This document shows positions 8,056 to 19,100 of a stretch of DNA of 64,000 bases, piece by piece. How positions within the stretch are numbered: the first letter of the stretch is position 1; each line of letters opens with the position of its first letter. The translations under genes and the position numbers were made by a program. Source of the stretch: Candidatus Eiseniibacteriota bacterium (lineage in GTDB: Bacteria; Orphanbacterota; Orphanbacteria; Orphanbacterales; Orphanbacteraceae); the NCBI GenBank assembly GCA_043809585.1, contig JBDROZ010000073.1, positions 42,343-106,342 on the forward strand, given 5' to 3'. Below the pieces are notes generated by a model, which ran no database searches, was not told the DNA's origin, and worked only from the letters and a program-made list of their open reading frames with translations.

Positions 8056-11001
8056 TCAGCGAAGCAGCGTCATTTTCTTCGCGATCTCCCCGTCGGCGCT
8101 CCGAAGACGGTAAAAGTAAACGCCCGATCCGGCAGGCCGGTTCCCGTCGTCTTTCCCGTCCCAGCTCACCCGGTACGCGCCCGCCGTCTGAACATCGTCC
8201 ACGAGGGCGCGAACCCGGCGGCCCCGGACGTCGAAGACCGCGAGCGAGACCTTCCCCTTCTTCCCGATCTCATAGGCGATCGTCGTGGTCGGGTTGAACG
8301 GGTTCGGGCGGTTCTGGGCGAGGGCGAAGGCCCGGGGAACGCCGCTCCCCGCCTCGGCGTCGGCCACCGAGGTCGACACGTCTCCGGCCGTGAAGATCCG
8401 AAGCTCGTCCACGGCCGCGTGGACTCTCGTCGGGCTTCCCGTGTCGGCGGCGGTGAATCGGAACCGGACGGAGCCGAGCGACGGATAGAGGACGGAGAGA
8501 TCGGCCTCCACCTCGACCCACGATTCGGTCCCCACATTCGTGTTTTCCAGTGATTGCCAGGACGCGCCGCCGTCGTTCGTGACGTCCGCGTTCCAGTAGT
8601 CGTCCCGCCCCTGGAGCGGAGCGACGGCTTCGAAGTCGTTCGAGTACCAGCGGGAGTAGCGGACCGTCACGTCCGTCTTCCCCGAAAGATCGAAGACCGG
8701 CGAGTAGAGGGTGGTCCGGCCGTTCTTCACGTTGCTCGTGTTGCCGGTGACGAAGCAGATCTCGCCGTCTCCGGGAGTCCAATCGTACTCGGGCCGGGTC
8801 AGGTTCCCGACCGGCTCGTCGTTGATCCAAACGCCGTTGGTCGCGTCGTCGGCCGTGTCTCCGAGGGTCCACGCGCCGAGGCTCTCGCACGGATCGTACA
8901 GGAAGGCCACGTCGTAGGTGTGCAGCCCGAGCGGTGCTCCCCCCGGGCTCCAGTTCACGTGGAAGGACGAGTCGGCGGCTTCGATGTAGTACTGCACCCG
9001 GGAGTTCATCGGCGCCGCCGGCAGCGTCGCCTCGTACTCGTCGGCGCCCCCCGCCGGAGTCATGGCGACCTCCGCGAAGGCGGCCCCGTCCACCCGGTAG
9101 AAGAGCTTCACCGAGTTCGGGTCGATGCCGGTGGTGAGGCCTTGGGCCACGGCCGTCACGACCCGCGGCGAGAACTCGTCCTCCGTCGACGGGAGCCCTC
9201 CGTGGGTGATTTGGACGCCGGCGCTGATCACCGGCACGGGGAATCCCTTCTTCGTCGCCGCCGCGGAGAGCTCGGGGAAGTTGGGGGTGCCCGTGTCCAG
9301 GTCGCCGTCATTGTCGTCGTAGATGAAGGTCCAGGTCACCTGGTCCTCCATGTTCGCCGGATGGCCCGACTTCCGGGAGAAGTGCCAGAGACCCGCCACG
9401 ATCGAGTCGGCCGCGGGGACGCCGTATCTCGTGATCAGGTTCGCCCGGGAGGCCCAGAAGTACGCCGCGATCAACTGGCCGTCCGCATGTCCCTCTCCCG
9501 TCAGGTCGTCCGGGTACATGAGCGAGTTATTGGACGTGCGGATCCCCTGGTTGCAGCTTCCTTGCCCGAACCCCGTCCCCAGCATGGAGTTCGACAGGAT
9601 GATCATGGAGATGACGTCCGAGTTCCCCTCGCTCACCGCGCCGTCGTACCCGAAGCCCCCGTAGAGGCGGCCGGTCACGCCGTGGCCGTACTCGTGGTAG
9701 ACCACGTCGCCGAGGCTCGCCGTGTTGGCGAACCCGCCCCCCTCGAGGCAGAAGTTCATGCCCTGGCCGTCCCACCAGGCGTTCCCCGGGCAGTACCCGT
9801 CGACCCGGTTCACCCGCACCCGCATCCGGTAGTCGAGGCCCGTAAACGTCGGGTCGAGGGTCTTCATGAAGTTCCGGACCGTGTAGGAGTGCTTCCATGA
9901 GTCCCGCTCCGCCTTGTCCGAGTTCGCATCGTCCCAGAGCCACTCGACGGGCTCGCCGGGGAGGACCATGATGGTGTCCTTCGAATCGGTCCCCGTGAAG
10001 TAGTCCACGTTGAAGTCGGGGCCGAAGAAGCTCGACCAGAGGCCGATCGAATCGACGCCGGCGTTGGTGACTGTGAAACCGCCTGCCGAATCGCAAATGA
10101 CGCTGGCGCCCCCCACGAGGCCCACATTCGCCATCTGGACGTCCTGGGTCGAAGTGCCGGCGCAGTAGCTCGGCTCGTTCACGATGGACCGGAGCGTGCC
10201 GGTCACATCGGTGAACTCGTACCGGTTCTCCCGCCGAAAGATCTCCCCGGTCCGGGCGTCGATCCACGACTCCCAGAGGCCGAGAGGCTCCTCGACCTGC
10301 TGCGTCACCCGCCAGGCCAGACGATAGGCGTATGCCCCGTCCCGCTCTTCGGGATATACGAAGAGCTCCGCCCCCCGCTGCTCGTCCCGGCCGTCGAGGA
10401 ATCCGAGGTCACCCCCCGCGATCGCCGTCGCCTCCCGTTCCGTGAGGGAAGGAGTGCCGTCGATCGCGATGTCCGGATGAAAGTCGGAGCCGACGGCGTA
10501 GACCCGACCCTTGTCGGTCATCACCACGTGTGCCCGGCCGCCGAGGACGCGGACTCCCTCGTACTGCTCGGGGTAGAGGACGACCCACTTGCCGTGCCCG
10601 CCGGTGGTCTTGGACGCCCCGAGCCGGTCCGGATCGATCATCAGGAGATCGGCGTGCTCGGCGAGAAAGGAGGAGGCAATCTCCGACGCCCGGGCCTCGG
10701 TGTCGATCGTCTCGTTCACGAAATCGACGCCGCTCCCGAGCAGGTGATGGGGCGTACCGAGAATCGGGTCCCGTTGGATCGCCCAAACACCGCCGACCCG
10801 CTCGCGGAAGAGATCGAGGCCTCCGTCGACGTTCTCCTCGCTTCGCACGAAACGTCCGTAAACGCGGGGCGTCTCGTCGGCAAGGCCGATCTCGAAGAGG
10901 TGGTTCGGGCTCTCGGGCGGAACAAAGCCCGAGGCGGCGCTCGCGAGGCCGAGAAGAACGGCGAATGTCGACAGAGCAGTACGGGATACCTTGCGATTCA
11001 T
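8056..11001 (-). CDS. Secreted M4/M36-like zinc metallopeptidase with FTP/PepSY propeptide and C-terminal FlgD-Ig domain
   Basis: Signal peptide; IDARTGEI; NAWW; HEYGH..SEGNSD..H; C-terminal QNRPNPFNP..WDG..SGVYFYRL. Confidence 0.88.
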   Translation of the reverse strand: MNRKVSRTALSTFAVLLGLASAASGFVPPESPNHLFEIGLADETPRVYGRFVRSEENVDGGLDLFRERVGGVWAIQRDPILGTPHHLLGSGVDFVNETIDTEARASEIASSFLAEHADLLMIDPDRLGASKTTGGHGKWVVLYPEQYEGVRVLGGRAHVVMTDKGRVYAVGSDFHPDIAIDGTPSLTEREATAIAGGDLGFLDGRDEQRGAELFVYPEERDGAYAYRLAWRVTQQVEEPLGLWESWIDARTGEIFRRENRYEFTDVTGTLRSIVNEPSYCAGTSTQDVQMANVGLVGGASVICDSAGGFTVTNAGVDSIGLWSSFFGPDFNVDYFTGTDSKDTIMVLPGEPVEWLWDDANSDKAERDSWKHSYTVRNFMKTLDPTFTGLDYRMRVRVNRVDGYCPGNAWWDGQGMNFCLEGGGFANTASLGDVVYHEYGHGVTGRLYGGFGYDGAVSEGNSDVISMIILSNSMLGTGFGQGSCNQGIRTSNNSLMYPDDLTGEGHADGQLIAAYFWASRANLITRYGVPAADSIVAGLWHFSRKSGHPANMEDQVTWTFIYDDNDGDLDTGTPNFPELSAAATKKGFPVPVISAGVQITHGGLPSTEDEFSPRVVTAVAQGLTTGIDPNSVKLFYRVDGAAFAEVAMTPAGGADEYEATLPAAPMNSRVQYYIEAADSSFHVNWSPGGAPLGLHTYDVAFLYDPCESLGAWTLGDTADDATNGVWINDEPVGNLTRPEYDWTPGDGEICFVTGNTSNVKNGRTTLYSPVFDLSGKTDVTVRYSRWYSNDFEAVAPLQGRDDYWNADVTNDGGASWQSLENTNVGTESWVEVEADLSVLYPSLGSVRFRFTAADTGSPTRVHAAVDELRIFTAGDVSTSVADAEAGSGVPRAFALAQNRPNPFNPTTTIAYEIGKKGKVSLAVFDVRGRRVRALVDDVQTAGAYRVSWDGKDDGNRPAGSGVYFYRLRSADGEIAKKMTLLR

Positions 11002-11084
11002 GCCTAACCTCTTTCGGGGAGCGATGCCTTAAGGAGATGTCCACGGCCGCCGGGAGGGACGCCGCTGCGGTGAGAGTCACTTAA

Positions 11085-11113
11085 ATTATATCAAATCGAG
11101 CGGTTGGAGGCAA
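11085..11113 (-). promoter_or_regulatory. Sigma-70-type promoter for the metallopeptidase
   Basis: TTGCCT-N17-TATAAT. Confidence 0.65.
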
Positions 11114-11131
11114 TGGTCTCTTTCCGGGGGG

Positions 11132-12757
11132 TCATTCCAAGTAACCGAGAGCGCGGAGCCGCTCCCGGGTCGCCTCGTCGATGACGATTGTGTCGACCCT
11201 TGCCGGAGCATATCCGGAGATCTCCTTCACCAGGGCCGCGAGCATCTGCCGATGGTCCTCGGCCTCATCCGTCAGGTCCCGGATGGCGTTCCTCATCTCC
11301 GCCGGATCGGCTTCGAGATCGAAAAACTGGTCATCCAGATCCCGGGCCCCCTCGTACTGAAAGGTCATCACGTACTTGTACCGCTCCGACCGGAGCCCCC
11401 GGAGGTCATATGGCCCGTAGCGGTTCAGGATCTCCTCGCAGTAGGCCCGTCGCTCCGGTCCGGGATCGCCGGTGCCGAGCACGAGAGATGCGAGGCTCCT
11501 TCCCCGGACGTTCGGGTCGGGCATGATCCGGAGGTACTCGAGAACGGTCGGAACGATGTCCACGCTCGAGGCGACGTCGCCCACCACGCCGGAGGCGCGC
11601 TTCATTTTCGGGAGCTTCACCGGGGGCGGGAGTGAGATCACGAGGGGCACGCCGATCGACTCCTCGTAGAGGCTCCTGTTGTGCCCCCAGTAGCCGTGCT
11701 CCCAGAACTCCTCCCCGTGATCGGATGTGTAGAGGAAGATCGAGTTCTCCCAGAGTCCCCGTTCGTCGAGGCCCGCAACCAGCTTTCCGAGTTCGGCGTC
11801 CCAAAAGGCGATCGCCCCGTCGTACTGGGCGATTATGTTGCGGAGTGTGGGCGGGTCCGGCTTGTTGTTCGGCCCCTGGTACCAGTCGGTGACCGGTTCC
11901 CCGAGCCACTCCGGATCGAACAGACGCTGGAACTCGGGAGGACAGTTGTACGGGTTGTGCATGTCGATATAGAAGAGAAACCCGAAGACCGGTCTCCCCT
12001 CCTCCCCGTCGATCCACTGGAGAAACCGCCCGTTCACGAACGAGGCCGGCGTCTGGGCCCAACCGGGATCGTATTCGTACGTGTCGAACCCTTGACTGTA
12101 GCCGCTCTGCGGACCGAGATGGGGATTCGTCGCGTAGCCGTACGTCTTGTACCCCCGCTCCCGGAGATACTCGGAGAGGAGCGTGAAATGGGGGGAGAGG
12201 ACCTGGGAGTAGCCGGTGATCCCGTGCTCGCTCGGGTAGCAGGAAGCGAGAATGCACGGCGTGGAGACGATGGTGTGGGACCCCTGGGAGACCATGTTGC
12301 GGAAGAAGACCGCCTCCCCGGCCATCTTCGTAAGGAAGGGGGTCGTCTCCCGCTCGTAGCCGTAGAGAGAGAGATGATCGCGCCGTGTCGTATCCGTGAC
12401 GAGCAGATAGACGTGGGGGAGGCCCCGGACGTTCCAAGGAACAAAGACGAGAAAGAAGAGGAGCGTGAGAGCGACCCCTACGCCGATCGGCACGGCCCGG
12501 GAACCCGCCCCGCCCCTCCTGAGGAGCCGGACGGCGGCGCCGCCGGCGAGGGAGACCGCGATCCCGAGCAGGACGAACGTGGCGATCAACGGGAGCCACT
12601 GGCCGGAGGCGATCACCCCCCACCGGAGAAACCGGACCTGGAGAAACACCGCGAAGAGGCCGAGAACCGCGCCGGCGACGAGCAGGTGGGGAAGGAAGCC
12701 GAGCCAGGGAACCCCCCGGAGTTCGGTCGTGCTCTTCGTTTCGCTGTCGATCGTCAC
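11132..12757 (-). CDS. Membrane-anchored sulfatase-like hydrolase/transferase (alkaline phosphatase superfamily)
   Basis: Three N-terminal TM helices; DTTRRDHL, DMHNPY, YDGAI, TSDHGEEF..H, RLRALGY. Confidence 0.88.
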   Translation of the reverse strand: MTIDSETKSTTELRGVPWLGFLPHLLVAGAVLGLFAVFLQVRFLRWGVIASGQWLPLIATFVLLGIAVSLAGGAAVRLLRRGGAGSRAVPIGVGVALTLLFFLVFVPWNVRGLPHVYLLVTDTTRRDHLSLYGYERETTPFLTKMAGEAVFFRNMVSQGSHTIVSTPCILASCYPSEHGITGYSQVLSPHFTLLSEYLRERGYKTYGYATNPHLGPQSGYSQGFDTYEYDPGWAQTPASFVNGRFLQWIDGEEGRPVFGFLFYIDMHNPYNCPPEFQRLFDPEWLGEPVTDWYQGPNNKPDPPTLRNIIAQYDGAIAFWDAELGKLVAGLDERGLWENSIFLYTSDHGEEFWEHGYWGHNRSLYEESIGVPLVISLPPPVKLPKMKRASGVVGDVASSVDIVPTVLEYLRIMPDPNVRGRSLASLVLGTGDPGPERRAYCEEILNRYGPYDLRGLRSERYKYVMTFQYEGARDLDDQFFDLEADPAEMRNAIRDLTDEAEDHRQMLAALVKEISGYAPARVDTIVIDEATRERLRALGYLE

Positions 12758-12925
12758 ATCCTGTCTCCTCGTCTGTAGGCGAGTCCCGCGGGGGCCCTTG
12801 CGGAGCCTCCGAAGAACCTTCGTGCCCGATCCCCGTCCGGGGCAGGCCTATCCATACCACATCGGAGACTCCCGGGAAACCCCGGGGAAGACCTGTTCTG
12901 CGGTAAGGCGATATCTTCCCCGGAG

Positions 12926-12941
12926 TGGAACGGGGCTTGCA
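12926..12941 (+). promoter_or_regulatory. Candidate sigma-54 promoter for the giant surface protein
   Basis: TGGAACGGGGCTTGCA, close to TGGCAC-N5-TTGC. Confidence 0.6.
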
Positions 12942-13105
12942 AACCTAAAGAGACCGCTCCCCGCGCGCTCGAGAGCGGATCGTGAACTCACTCATTGCCA
13001 GGAGCTTACCGCGGCTCCTCGGTTTCGATCCGCCGGGGCCGACCCGATTTTGAGCAAGGGCGGTCGCATTTTGCACAGGTGCCTGTCGAGGACGGAGCTG
13101 CAACG

Positions 13106-16100
13106 ATGAGCCGACACCTGATCCTCGCCGCCTTGGCGGTGCTGATCGCCCTCCCTTCGGGGACCTCCGCCCGCCGGCGTCCGCCCGATGTGTATCCCCT
13201 CCTCTACCAGCCGATGAAGTCGCGGCTCGAAAAATCGGACTTCGCGCTGATGGCCCGCTACGACGTCGTCGAGGTCGGATGGTGGGGCATCGAAGAGGCA
13301 TCGGGCAACCTCGATTCCCTCCGGGCGATCCGGACGCGGAATCCCGATTTGGTCGTCCTCTCCACCACGACTTCCACCATGCAGTGCGTCAACTGGGCTA
13401 CCGACGAAGTGTACAACAAGTACGCGTGGGCGGAGACCCTCGACGCCCACCCGGAGTGGCTCCTCCGGGACGTGGACGGCGACCTCTTCCTCCTCGCCGG
13501 CGTCGAGGAGACCTGCGACGGCGGACGGCTCAACTACTACCATCCCGAAGCGGCCCGGGCGTTCGCGAGGTTCCTCGCCGAGGCGACGGTGCTCTACCTG
13601 CCCGACGACCTCGACGGCATCATGATCGACGACCTGCAGGCGAACATCTACTACTACAACGGCTGGGGAGCCCTGCGCGCGCCGGGCGTCGACTCCCTCG
13701 ACCTCAACCAAGACGGGATCGCCGACACCAAAGAGCAGATCGACGGCTGGTGGAGCGCGGGGGTGGACACGTTTCTCGTGGCCTTCCGGGAAGTCTCCGG
13801 GCCCGACGTCATCGTCATCGTCAACGGATACGTCCCGGAGGAGGCCTTCCCCTACATGAACGGCCGCTATCATGAGGGCTTCCCCTGGGAGCACGGCGAC
13901 GACTGGGATGTGACCATGCTCGACGCGTACAAAGGCTTCCTCGGTGGGGATACGCTCTATTCGGACGTCCCCCATCGCTTCGCCGGCCTCCTGACGAACA
14001 ACGCGTCCCCCGGCTACAACTACGATCCCGACCATCTCTCCACGAAGGAAGCCCCTTTCCCGCACGTCATGTTTCCCCGGTTCCTCAACTGGACCCTCTC
14101 CTCCTTCCTGCTCGGCGAGGGCTGGTACGCCATGACCGGATGGGGAAACTCGGTCGACTGGAATGGGGAGCGGATCCAGATGCAGTACCAGACTCTCTGG
14201 TGGTTCCCGGTGTACGACACGCTCAAGAGTTACCTCGGCACGCCCGTCGAGGACTACGTGTACTACGACACGGGCGATCACCTCGAACGGTACGAGCGGG
14301 AGTTCACGGGGGGCCGGGTTCGATCGTACCGGATCCACCGCAAGGGCATCTTCGATCTGCGGCCGAGGCCGTCCCTCCGGCGTGACCCGCCGGCGGTTGT
14401 CGCCGCGGGGGAAACGGTCCGCATCGCGTGGGACTCTTTCGACCCCAACGGCGAGAACCAGCCCCTCGACGTGATCCTCCTCCTCTCCGACGACGGCGGA
14501 ACGACCTTCCCGGAGACACTCGGGACCTTCGCCTCGGCCGACACGAGCCACGGGTGGGTTGCGACGGGCCCCCCCCGGGAAGTGGTTTTCCGGGTCGCCG
14601 CGACCGACACGTCGGACCTCACGGGTTTCACCACGTCGCCGCCGGTCACCATCGCCCCCCCCCTCCCCTCCCTGAGCGGCGTGGCCGAGGTGAAGCCGAC
14701 TTTCTGGATCGCCAACACGCCGGCCCTGCTCTGCACGCTCTTCGCGTCCACCTCGGTCGATTCCGGGGCGGACGGGTGGAACCGGGCGAAGATCGTTCTC
14801 CCCGCCGACGTGCAGCTCCTCTCCTTCGCGGGAGCCGAGCGGGACGGCCTCCCCCTCCCCGCTACCGCGACGGTCTCGGGGGACACGGTGACGATCGATC
14901 CGGAAGGGGCGATCGGGGGAGACGCCGTGGTCGGGCTTCGTCTTCTCGTGAGCGCGCCGGCCCTTCCCCTCGAAGACTCGCTCCGGTTCGCCGTCTCCGT
15001 GGACGACACCCTCACGCCGGGGGGAGCCGCGAACCTTCCCGCCGGTGACGGGAACGGCATTCCGGGGGACGGGGACGTCCTGACGGTGGCATGCGATTTC
15101 GGGCCACCGGTCGCCCTCGACATGGTCCCCGAGGCGATCATGGTGAGCGCGGGGGACACGACGCGCTTCGAGACCACCGGCCTCGACGCCGCCGGCAACG
15201 CCTTCGAAGTGACGCCCCTCTGGTCCGTAACCGACACCCTCGGGACCGTGGACGACGAAGGGCTCTTCCGGGCGATCCGGCCGGGGTCGCTCTCGGTGGT
15301 CGCGGAGTTCGCGGGCCTCATGGCGTCCGCCCCGGTCTCCATTCTGCCGGGGGCGCCGCACGAAGTCGTCGTCCAGCCGGAGAGCGTGACCGTCAGCGTC
15401 GAGGAGGACTCGGTCCGGTTCACGGCCCGGGTCTACGACGGGCTCGGCAACCTCGTCGATTCGGCGACCCCCGTGTGGTCGGTGGAGGACACGATCGCCC
15501 GTGTCGACGGTCCGGGTCTCGTGGTCCCCCTCCACCCGGGCGAGACGGGCGTGACCGCCGAGGCGGGGGGCGTCACGGGCCGAGCGGCGCTTCGGATCGA
15601 ACCGGGGGCGCCGGCGACGATCGTGATCGAACCGGACAGCGTTACCGTCACCACCAATACCGACTCGGTCCGGTTCACCGCGACCGTCTATGACGCCTTC
15701 GGCAATCCCTTCGGGGGCGCCTCTATCAGCTGGGCCGTGGAAGACACGATCGCCCGCTTGGACGGACCCGGCCTCGTCATTCCCCTTTACCCGGGGGCGA
15801 CGGGGGTGACCGCGGAGCTCTCCGGCATCACCGCCCGCGCCGGAATCCGGATCCTGTCCGGCAGCGCCGTGAGCGTGGCCATCGTTCCGGAGAGCGTCAC
15901 GGTGACGCCCAACGTCGAATCGGTCTCGTTCTCGGCGCGGGCGTACGACGTTCTTCACTACACCGTCCGGGGGGCGGTCTTCTCATGGACCGTGGAGGAC
16001 ACGATCGTCCGTCTCGACGGACCGGGAGTGGTGGCGCCCCTCGCCGAGGGGAGGACGGGGGTGGCGGCCGAAACGGATTCCGCCTCGGCCCGGGCCGGAA

Positions 16101-19100
16101 TCCTCGTCGAGTCCGGAGCCCCGGTGAGCGTCATCGTCGAACCGGAAAGCGTGACGGTGACGGCCGACGCCGACTCGGTCCGGTTCACGGCGACCGCCTA
16201 CGACGTTCTCGGCCACGCCGCCCCGGGGGCGGAGTTCTCCTGGACCGTGGAGGAGACCCTCGCGGTCCTTCTGGGACCGGGCCTCGTCGCCCCCCGGTAC
16301 GCCGGCGAAGCGACGGTGGCGGCGGAGGCCGGAGGCGTGGAGGCGTCGGCCGCCCTTCGTATCGAGCCCGGCGCCCCCGCGTCGATCGTCGTCGAGCCGG
16401 AGAGCGTCTCCGTGACGACCGACACGGGACCGGTCGAGTTCGCGGCCTTCGTCTACGACGCCCTCGGAAACCTCGTCCCGTCGGCGGAGCCCGCCTGGGC
16501 GGTGGAGGACACGATCGCGATCATGGACGGACCGGGCATCGTGATCCCTCTCCGCCCCGGCGAGACCGGCGTGACGGCCGCCGTGAACGGAGTCACCGCC
16601 CGCGCCGGGATCCGCATCGGCGAGGGGGCGCCCTACGCGATCGTGATCGAACCGGACAGCGCCGCCGTGACCACCGACGCCGACTCGGTCCGGTTCACGG
16701 CCTTCGTGTACGATGCCCTCGGCAACCCGCTCGAATCGGCAGAGCCCGTCTGGGCCGTGGAGGATACGATCGCTCTTCTGGACGGACCCGGCCTCGTTTC
16801 GCCCCGCCGGCCCGGGGAAACCGGAGTGACGGCCGCCTGGAGCGCCGTGGTCGGCCGGGCCGGGCTCCGCGTCGACCCGGGGGCGCCCGCGACCGTGGCG
16901 ATCGCGCCCCAGAACGCCGTGCTCACCGAAAGCGACACCCTCCGCTTCCACCACAATGCGCGGGACCGGTACGGCAACCTCCTCTCGACCGAAGTGGCCT
17001 GGTCGCTTTCGGGAGGAATCGGCGTCATTGATGAAGCCGGCCTCTTCACCGCCGGCGCTCCGGGCGAGGGATTCGCCGTGGTCACGGCGGGGGAAGCCGA
17101 GGCGTCGGCCCACGTGGTCGTCCTCGACGCCCCCGTGACGGCGGCGTTCCTCGCGCCGGCGGGAGCCGTGATCGACGCCGACTCGGCGCTCCAGTTCCAA
17201 TACCGGGGGATCACCTCCGTGGGCGACACGATGATTCTCAACGCCTCTTGGAGCATCCTCGGCGGGGGCGGGTCGATCGACGAGGATGGTCTTTACCTCC
17301 CCGGCCCCGCGGGCGAATTCTCCGTCGTCGCGTCCAAGTACGAATTCACCGACACGGCGTCGGTGGCCGTTCTTCCCGGCGCGCCCCGGTCGATCGAGAT
17401 CGAACCTCCCGCGGCGGAGATCGCGGCGGGCGGTTCCCTCGCCGTCACGGCGCGGGTGGAAGACGCCCACGGGAACCTCGTGTCCGAGACCGCGCCCATC
17501 CGGGCCGAGGGTCTTTGCGAGGGGCCCGTGGACGGACTCTTCACTTGCACGCAGGCGGGCGATGCGATGCTCGTCGCGGAGCACGGGGGGCTCGCGGACA
17601 CGGCGGCGGTTACCATCGTTCCCGGACCGCCCGCCCACCTGGCGGTGCAACCGGCTTCCGCCGAACTCTTTATCGGGGAGACGCTCTTCGTTTCCTCCTC
17701 GGTGTCCGACGGCTACGGAAACCCCTTGGACACGGCGGCGGCCTGGGAGATCGAGGGCGGGTCGTTCGACTCGGGACGGTTCGTTCCCGGCGGCCCGGGA
17801 CCGGCCTCTCTTGTCGCCCGCCTCGGTCCCCTTGCGGACACTTGCGCCGTGACGGTCCGGCGACGGCCGCCCGCGTCGATTACGGTCTCGCCCGGCTCGG
17901 CGTCGCTGGTCGTCGGCGGCACCTTCGATTTTCAGGCGTTCGTCGCGGACGAGGCGGGCAGCCCGTTGGACACGGCCGTCGCCTGGGAGGCGACGGGAGA
18001 AACGGGCACGGTGTCGGACGGGAGGTTCACGGCGACGGGTGCGGGCGAGGGCCGTGTGATCGCCCGCCTCGGATCCCTCGCCGATTCGGCGGAGGTGATC
18101 GTGACCGACACTTCCGCCCCGCCGCCGCCGGTACCGGGCGTGGTCTCGGTGCACGCCTTCAAGCGGACCGTCCCCGGCTCGGAGTGGCTCGACCCTCTCG
18201 CCCTCTCGGGGGCGTATCACGGCGAGGGAGACGACACCCTCGAGGCGCCCGGGCCGGAGTCTCTCACGGTGATCCTCCGACCTCTGGGCGACGGCGTCGC
18301 ATCGTGCGTGCCCGAGCTCCGCTTCCCCGTCGTGCGGGCCCTGCCGGACACCTTCTCCATCCCCCTCGCCGGCCTCGGCGGCCTCGGCGGTTGCGGCCTC
18401 GTGGAGGTCGCTCTCGAAGTTCCCGGCGGGGCCGAGCCCCGGGCCGACACGATCCGGTTCGGGAGTCCCGACCTCTCCGGCGATCTCCGGGTCGGCCTCG
18501 CGGACGTGGCGGCCTTCCTCGCGGCATGGAACGGCGCCGAGGCTTCGAACTGCGCCGACGTGGACGGAGACGGCGCCCTCGGCCGCTCGGATCTCGCCGT
18601 CATCGAAGGGGCGTTCGATCTCGGATGCGGGGCCGAACCGGCGGGAGTCCCCTTCGATAGGGGGATCCCGAACTGGTACTCCTTCGCCGACGCGGTCTGC
18701 GACGATTCCGCGGCGGGGGACGATTCGGTGGCGGCCCGTTTTCTCCTGGAGCCGGCGGGCATCGAGTCCCTCCGGGCGTTGGAAATCACCTTCCCCTCCC
18801 CCGGCGGCGGCGCCGTGGAATGGTCCCCCACCCCGATCTGGACGGCTCCCCGGGTGACCGAACTCCCCTCGGCGGAGGGGGAGGTCCGGGTTCTCCTGAC
18901 CGAGGAAGCGGGTCTCCTCCTGCCCCGGGGATCGGACCTCGTGGAAGTGCGGATCTGCGGCATGTCGGGTGAGGAGTTTACCGGGTCTCTTTCGAAGGTC
19001 CGCGTCGTGGGGGCCGGGTACGAGGCGTCGGCGGCTCTGGACGTCCCGATCCTCCTCCTCCTCGACACGGAGGACACGACCGGCGGCCGGCCGGACACGA

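Noticed and set aside
15347-16876. Regularly spaced repeats as a possible CRISPR array
   Set aside because: 255-bp in-frame coding repeats with no unique spacers; no cas genes seen in the window
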